From a virus: a stretch of 64,000 nucleotides of DNA. Both the position numbers and the translations under genes were made by a program. The notes below the pieces were generated by a model. It was not told the DNA's origin. It saw only the letters and a program-made list of their open reading frames with translations, and did no database searches. The stretch is from the IMG/VR virus record IMGVR_UViG_3300046809_000224, positions 3,434-67,433 of that record. The stretch is one strand, 5' to 3'. How positions within the stretch are numbered: position 1 is the first letter of the stretch; every line of letters starts with the position of its first letter. Shown in pieces: positions 59,413 through 64,000 of this stretch.

Positions 59413-60059
59413 TATTCGCTTTCCTTTTTAAGTACCCCGAAGTCGTCGGGATTGAACCTCGGACATACGTCGCAGTGTCGCGCTACGCCTTCCGCCTGAA
59501 TTTGATTCGATACAGATGCGGGATGTCCGCGCTGAGGCCGGAACCACTGCAGCATATGTCGACAAGGGAATACGAAAGCCCCCTTTTCTGAGGCCGCTTC
59601 GTAGTGCCTGAAGTTCGGCGCGATATGGTCGAATGTCCGATAAGGTGCCAACGGATTGAATGGGTCGTCCACCATCCGGAAGCAGTGCGCCCTGTGGTCT
59701 CGAGCAGCGCACGAATCGGCGAAGCATTTCAGTACCGCCTCGATCTGGAACGCGGGCTCCATTTCGCCAATGACCATGCGCCCCTGCGCATAGAAATGCG
59801 TGCCCCGCCAGCCTCGAACGTAGTGAATCAGGTCCATCGCCTGAGTGGCGCCATCAAACGTCTTAGCGAATCCCGCGACATGAATCTTGAGAGTCTCCAG
59901 GTCTCGCTCTGCGAATAGCGTCGCGCGCCTGGCCACTTCCAACGCCCACGGAAATGCCTCCGATCGACTTCGCAGGAACAGAACGAGCACCAGATAGTCG
60001 CGCGACTTCCTCAGCAGATTGTCGTGCGCAAAGAAACTTGGTGAGTAGGTATCTGGCAT
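59412..60059 (-). CDS. Hypothetical Cys-rich protein (moron)
   Basis: 215 aa; HCF, FPCR, HCDVCP; TAATG coupling to the next gene. Confidence 0.65.
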   Translation of the reverse strand: MPDTYSPSFFAHDNLLRKSRDYLVLVLFLRSRSEAFPWALEVARRATLFAERDLETLKIHVAGFAKTFDGATQAMDLIHYVRGWRGTHFYAQGRMVIGEMEPAFQIEAVLKCFADSCAARDHRAHCFRMVDDPFNPLAPYRTFDHIAPNFRHYEAASEKGAFVFPCRHMLQWFRPQRGHPASVSNQIQAEGVARHCDVCPRFNPDDFGVLKKESE

Positions 60060-60083
60060 AGATAAATTGAAATGGTCAAGTAA

Positions 60084-60488
60084 ATGCGCACATATGGGCG
60101 AATCCTGAACGAGGACGGTTCGAAAACATGGGTTGTGGTCGAGACCGATGCGAACGGATACAACGACAACGTTTATCTGACCACTCTCGCGCAATGTCTG
60201 AAACTGAATCTTGGCGAGAGTCCGATCTACGCGAACTACGGTATTCCTCAATACCAGACGATCGTGACGCAGGTCTTGCCTGATTACTACGTCATGCAGA
60301 CGCAGACGCAGTTCTCGCAGTACTTCGCGTCACTCACGATTAACCGGGTGCAGGGCTCGTTTCCGCCCGTCTACAACGTCAGTGCGGTATGCCACAGCGG
60401 CGCAATTCTGACTCCATACGTGGATTCATCGATCAACGCCCCGCAACTCGACAGCACATTCATTCTCAATCAATCGGCCCTCGCATGA
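60084..60488 (+). CDS. Baseplate wedge (gpW/gp25-like)
   Basis: LAQCLKLNLGESP..ANYGIP. Confidence 0.7.
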   Translation: MRTYGRILNEDGSKTWVVVETDANGYNDNVYLTTLAQCLKLNLGESPIYANYGIPQYQTIVTQVLPDYYVMQTQTQFSQYFASLTINRVQGSFPPVYNVSAVCHSGAILTPYVDSSINAPQLDSTFILNQSALA

Positions 60489-61930
60489 TTCGACGCATTC
60501 TCTTCCTGCTCGCGTTTATTTGTTCGACGGCCAACGCACAGTTTACGCCCGGTCAGATTCTGACGGCGTCTCAGCTCAACGCCGCGTTAGCCGCGAAAAC
60601 GAGCAATTCAGCCGCGGCGATCACGGGCGGCTCGATTACAAATGCCACCATCAACGGTGGAACGATGTCGGGTACTGCCATAACCGGCGGGACGATCTCA
60701 GGTCTGACATCACCGCTTCCCGTAGCATCGGGAGGCACCGGCGCCACCGCGTCAACCGGATCAGGGAGCGTGGTGCTAGCCACCGCTCCGACCATTGCAG
60801 GGCTGACCGTGACCGGAACGTTCACCGCTCCCGGTTTAATCGCTCCCGGTTCGCTGGCATCACAAGCGGCAAATACAGTACTCGCAAACGCCACGGCAGC
60901 AAGCGCGTCTCCCACGGCGTTCGCGATGCCGAGTTGCTCGACGTCGACCAGCGCGCTGCAGTACACAAGCGGCACGGGCTTTACCTGCTTCGCCAATTCC
61001 GCCACGACGACCGGAACGCTAGCGCAATTCGCCTCCACGACCTCCGCACAACTGGCTGGCGTGTTGTCGGATGAAACCGGCAGCGGCGCCGCGGTGTTCG
61101 GTACGAACCCGGCAATCAGCGGCGCAACGATCACTGGATCGTCGTATGCGGGCAGCGTAGCCGCAACGACGCTGTCAGCAAGCAGCACTGTCAGCGGCAC
61201 AGGCTTCAGCACGTATCTCGCGTCGCCCCCAGCGATCGGCGGCACCGCGCCGGCCGCAGGCACATTCACCAATCTTTCATCGAGCGGAACGGTCGGCGGT
61301 ACCGGCTTTACCAATTACCTCGCATCCCCGCCAGCCATTGGTGGGACGGCCGCGGCTGCAGGCTCGTTCACAACGCTATCAGCATCTAGCACTGTCAGTG
61401 GGGCAGGGTTCAGTACCTACTTGGCCTCGCCTCCGGCAATTGGCACCACAGCAGCTGCTGCGGGCAAATTCACGACGCTCCAGGCTACAAGCGCTATCAC
61501 ACCCGCATATCCGGCCGGTATCGTCGGAAACGTCACGGGTAGCAACGTATCGGCGGGGAGCGTTGGCGAACCGTTGACGGCAACCGCATCAGCCGTTGCG
61601 GCGACGAGCGCCACGCTTGGCAATGTCGTGTCGCTTACTTTGACCGCTGGGGATTGGGACGTTGGATGCACATTGCAAACAAATCCTGCGGGCACAACGA
61701 CAACACAGGGGCTGAATTACGGACTGACAACGACGTCTGGCGCGCAAACCGCGTTTCCCTATGTGATCTTGCAGTCGGTGTCGTTTCCGGCGGGCGTCGG
61801 TTATGACGGGGTGTGCCCCGTCCGCTTTATCAACGTATCAACGTCGACAACGGTTTATCTCACTGCCGCTACGACGTTCGCCACGAGCACGCTTACGCAC
61901 AGCGGCTTCATCTGGGCCAGACGTCGCTAG
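60485..61930 (+). CDS. Fibre-like Thr/Ala/Gly-rich protein with signal-peptide-like N-terminus and 34-aa repeats
   Basis: MIRRILFLLAFICSTANA; LPVASGGTGA; three YLASPPAIG repeats; LTLTAGDWDV C-terminal domain. Confidence 0.75.
   Translation: MIRRILFLLAFICSTANAQFTPGQILTASQLNAALAAKTSNSAAAITGGSITNATINGGTMSGTAITGGTISGLTSPLPVASGGTGATASTGSGSVVLATAPTIAGLTVTGTFTAPGLIAPGSLASQAANTVLANATAASASPTAFAMPSCSTSTSALQYTSGTGFTCFANSATTTGTLAQFASTTSAQLAGVLSDETGSGAAVFGTNPAISGATITGSSYAGSVAATTLSASSTVSGTGFSTYLASPPAIGGTAPAAGTFTNLSSSGTVGGTGFTNYLASPPAIGGTAAAAGSFTTLSASSTVSGAGFSTYLASPPAIGTTAAAAGKFTTLQATSAITPAYPAGIVGNVTGSNVSAGSVGEPLTATASAVAATSATLGNVVSLTLTAGDWDVGCTLQTNPAGTTTTQGLNYGLTTTSGAQTAFPYVILQSVSFPAGVGYDGVCPVRFINVSTSTTVYLTAATTFATSTLTHSGFIWARRR
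61166..61480 (+). repeat. Three ~102-bp in-frame tandem repeats
   Basis: TTLSASSTVSGTGFSTYLASPPAIGGTAPAAGTF unit, three degenerate copies. Confidence 0.8.
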
Positions 61931-61945
61931 ACCGATAGCAAAGCC

Positions 61946-61973
61946 AGGCCGCCTTCGGGCGGCTTTTTCGTTT
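61946..61973 (+). terminator. Intrinsic terminator
   Basis: GCCGCC-TTCG-GGCGGC plus T-tract. Confidence 0.8.
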
Positions 61974-61994
61974 CCGAACTGACCACAACGCCGC

Positions 61995-63410
61995 ATGAGC
62001 ACAACGTCTATTCCACTGATAATGACGACGGCAGGGCCGCAGGCGACTCCCGTGGCGACGCTGTACGACACCCTGATCAACTATGTTTCCAATCAGGTTC
62101 CCGGCTACACAGCCAACCTTCCCGGCTCCCTGATAGACGATGTCGCGGGCACCGACACTGGCGCGCTCGTCGCGATCGATCAAGCACGAGTCGACGCCAT
62201 CAACAGCGTCAGCCCATATGGTGCCAATGCATTTGTGCTGGCCCAACTCGGCGCTCAATTCGGGATCGCTCAGGGAGTGGGCGCAAACGGCAGTGTGTAT
62301 GTCCAGTTCGCCGGTCCAGCTGGTTATGTGTTCCAGAAAGGCTTCGTCGTGGGTGACGGAACCAATCAGTACGCGCTTCAGGATGGCGGAGTCATCCAGG
62401 CCAGCGGATTAAGCCCGCTCCTTTTTGCGGTAGCGACGACGAGCGGTAGCTTCGCGATTCCGGCCAACACCGTCAATCAGTTGGTGACGTCGGTTCCAAG
62501 CGCCTATGCAGTCACGGTTACTAACCCGGAGGCCGGAACCGCCGCAACGACCGCTCAGAGCGTGCAGGACTATCGCGCCCAGGTGTTGCAGGCCGGATTG
62601 GTAGCGGCCACTGGAACTCCCGCTTACCTTAAAACGCTGCTTTACAAGATCACGGGCGTTCAGCAACAACTGGTTTCGATTAACGCGGTTTCGGGCGGCT
62701 GGCAGGTCGTCTGCGGAGGCGGCGATGCATATGCCGTTGCGAACGCAATTCTGCAGGGTGCTGGCGACATCGCATTGCTAAAGGGCTCCCAGCTGTCGGT
62801 CACGACAATGACCGCAGCCAACCCGGTCGTCATCACGACCAACCTGAATCATGGATACGTTGCGGGCGGCACGGTGACTGTGGCGGGGGCTACGCCAAGC
62901 GCATACAACCGCACCTATACGATCGCGTCGGTTACGCCAACAACGATCACGACGACGACAAACGGCAGCGGATTTGGTGCATATGTCAGTGGCGCCACGC
63001 TCAGTCCGAATCCCCGCAATGTGACTGTGTCTCTATTCCAGAATCCCGATACCTATTCGGTAACGTTCGTCAATCCTCCGCAGCAAGTTGTGACAGTAGC
63101 GGTGACCTGGAATACGACTCTACCCAGCTTTACGGCAGGCACATCGGTCAATCAGTTGGCAGCTCCGGCGCTTCAGTCATACATCAACTCGATCTACGTC
63201 GGGCAGCCGATCAATGAACTCGAGATGACGGCGGTGTTTCAAAGTGCGGTTTCTTCAGTGATCGCCGCGTCCAACATAACGACATTGCAGTTTGCCGTGA
63301 CCATCAATGGCGTTCCGGTGTCTCCCGCAGCCGGCACCAGCATCATTGCCGGGGATGTTGAGGGCTACTTCTCAGCGAGCGCAACTGCGATCACGGTAAC
63401 TCAGGGATAG
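61995..63410 (+). CDS. Baseplate J-like protein with inserted beta domain
   Basis: VSPYGAN...LGAQFG, DYRAQV, VANAI. Confidence 0.8.
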   Translation: MSTTSIPLIMTTAGPQATPVATLYDTLINYVSNQVPGYTANLPGSLIDDVAGTDTGALVAIDQARVDAINSVSPYGANAFVLAQLGAQFGIAQGVGANGSVYVQFAGPAGYVFQKGFVVGDGTNQYALQDGGVIQASGLSPLLFAVATTSGSFAIPANTVNQLVTSVPSAYAVTVTNPEAGTAATTAQSVQDYRAQVLQAGLVAATGTPAYLKTLLYKITGVQQQLVSINAVSGGWQVVCGGGDAYAVANAILQGAGDIALLKGSQLSVTTMTAANPVVITTNLNHGYVAGGTVTVAGATPSAYNRTYTIASVTPTTITTTTNGSGFGAYVSGATLSPNPRNVTVSLFQNPDTYSVTFVNPPQQVVTVAVTWNTTLPSFTAGTSVNQLAAPALQSYINSIYVGQPINELEMTAVFQSAVSSVIAASNITTLQFAVTINGVPVSPAAGTSIIAGDVEGYFSASATAITVTQG

Positions 63411-63412
63411 CC

Positions 63413-64000
63413 ATGGGCAATATCGAATCATTCTCGACTTTGCCGCTTCAGAAAACAATCCCGAGCTACCTATACCTTCAATACAGCGATGACGAGAACC
63501 TTCAGGCTTTCGTCGATGCGTTCAACTCGATTTCGCAAGGGTACGTCGACTGGTTCAATGACACGCCGCTTGGCCTCTACACGTCGCCAAACATAACGGG
63601 CCCGCTGTTGGATTGGATAGGTAATGGTGTCTATGGAATCCCCCGCCCAGTCCTCTCGACGCAAACCTCCACGACGATAGCCGGATACAACACCGCACCC
63701 TATAACACGGTCCCATACAACGGTCTCAGCCACTCATCGTCTGGAACCGCAGAGATTGCCTCGGACGACATCTACAAACGTGTGATGACGTGGAACCTGT
63801 ATCGCGGTGATGGTCAGGTTTTCAATATGGGCTGGCTCAAGAACCGGGTCAACAGGTTCCTCAATGGAGCTAATGGGTCCGACTATGCGGTACTCGACAA
63901 CCCTCCATCGATAACCGTATCTGGGAACGTATTCACCATTACGTCGTTTGAGGATTCGAATTTTACGATCCTGCAGGAGTGCCTGAACAACGGTGTTCTA
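63413..64000 (+). CDS. Baseplate wedge (gpI/DUF2612-like), truncated by window edge; missing from the ORF track
   Basis: MGNIESF...YLYLQYSDDENL...GPLLDWIGNGVYGIPRP...SDDIYKR. Confidence 0.75.
   Translation, partial: MGNIESFSTLPLQKTIPSYLYLQYSDDENLQAFVDAFNSISQGYVDWFNDTPLGLYTSPNITGPLLDWIGNGVYGIPRPVLSTQTSTTIAGYNTAPYNTVPYNGLSHSSSGTAEIASDDIYKRVMTWNLYRGDGQVFNMGWLKNRVNRFLNGANGSDYAVLDNPPSITVSGNVFTITSFEDSNFTILQECLNNGVL

Overview
The whole window is a near-complete genome of a temperate, contractile-tailed (myovirus-type) phage with a lambdoid regulatory layout. The host is probably Burkholderiaceae: one SSB closely resembles Burkholderia SSB, and the LexA boxes are of the CTGT-N8-ACAG type. Phage genes flank both sides of a 54-bp 3' half of tRNA-Leu(TAA) next to the integrase, so this looks like attP of an excised or circularly permuted genome, not an integrated prophage. 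Gene order: minus-strand moron island (DUF2142-like membrane protein, SAM methyltransferase, degenerate SGNH lipoprotein, XRE regulator, RelE/HigA-type TA); lysis plus accessory fibre genes; SOS-controlled ATP-dependent ligase cassette; attP/int/xis; leftward early operon (ERF/YqaJ/SSB, ACP-like gene); cI/cro; initiator plus primase-helicase; nin region; Q-like gene with pR'/tR'; terminase, portal, head, tail and baseplate genes, truncated at the right edge. Most notable: an ACP homologue with the phosphopantetheine Ser replaced by Asp, two related three-way-junction RNAs whose loops complement the downstream RBS region, a tandem boxA/boxB-like array, a five-repeat GAIPV protein, and a Nudix-fused head protease/scaffold. 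All family calls come from motif recognition by eye; no searches were run.
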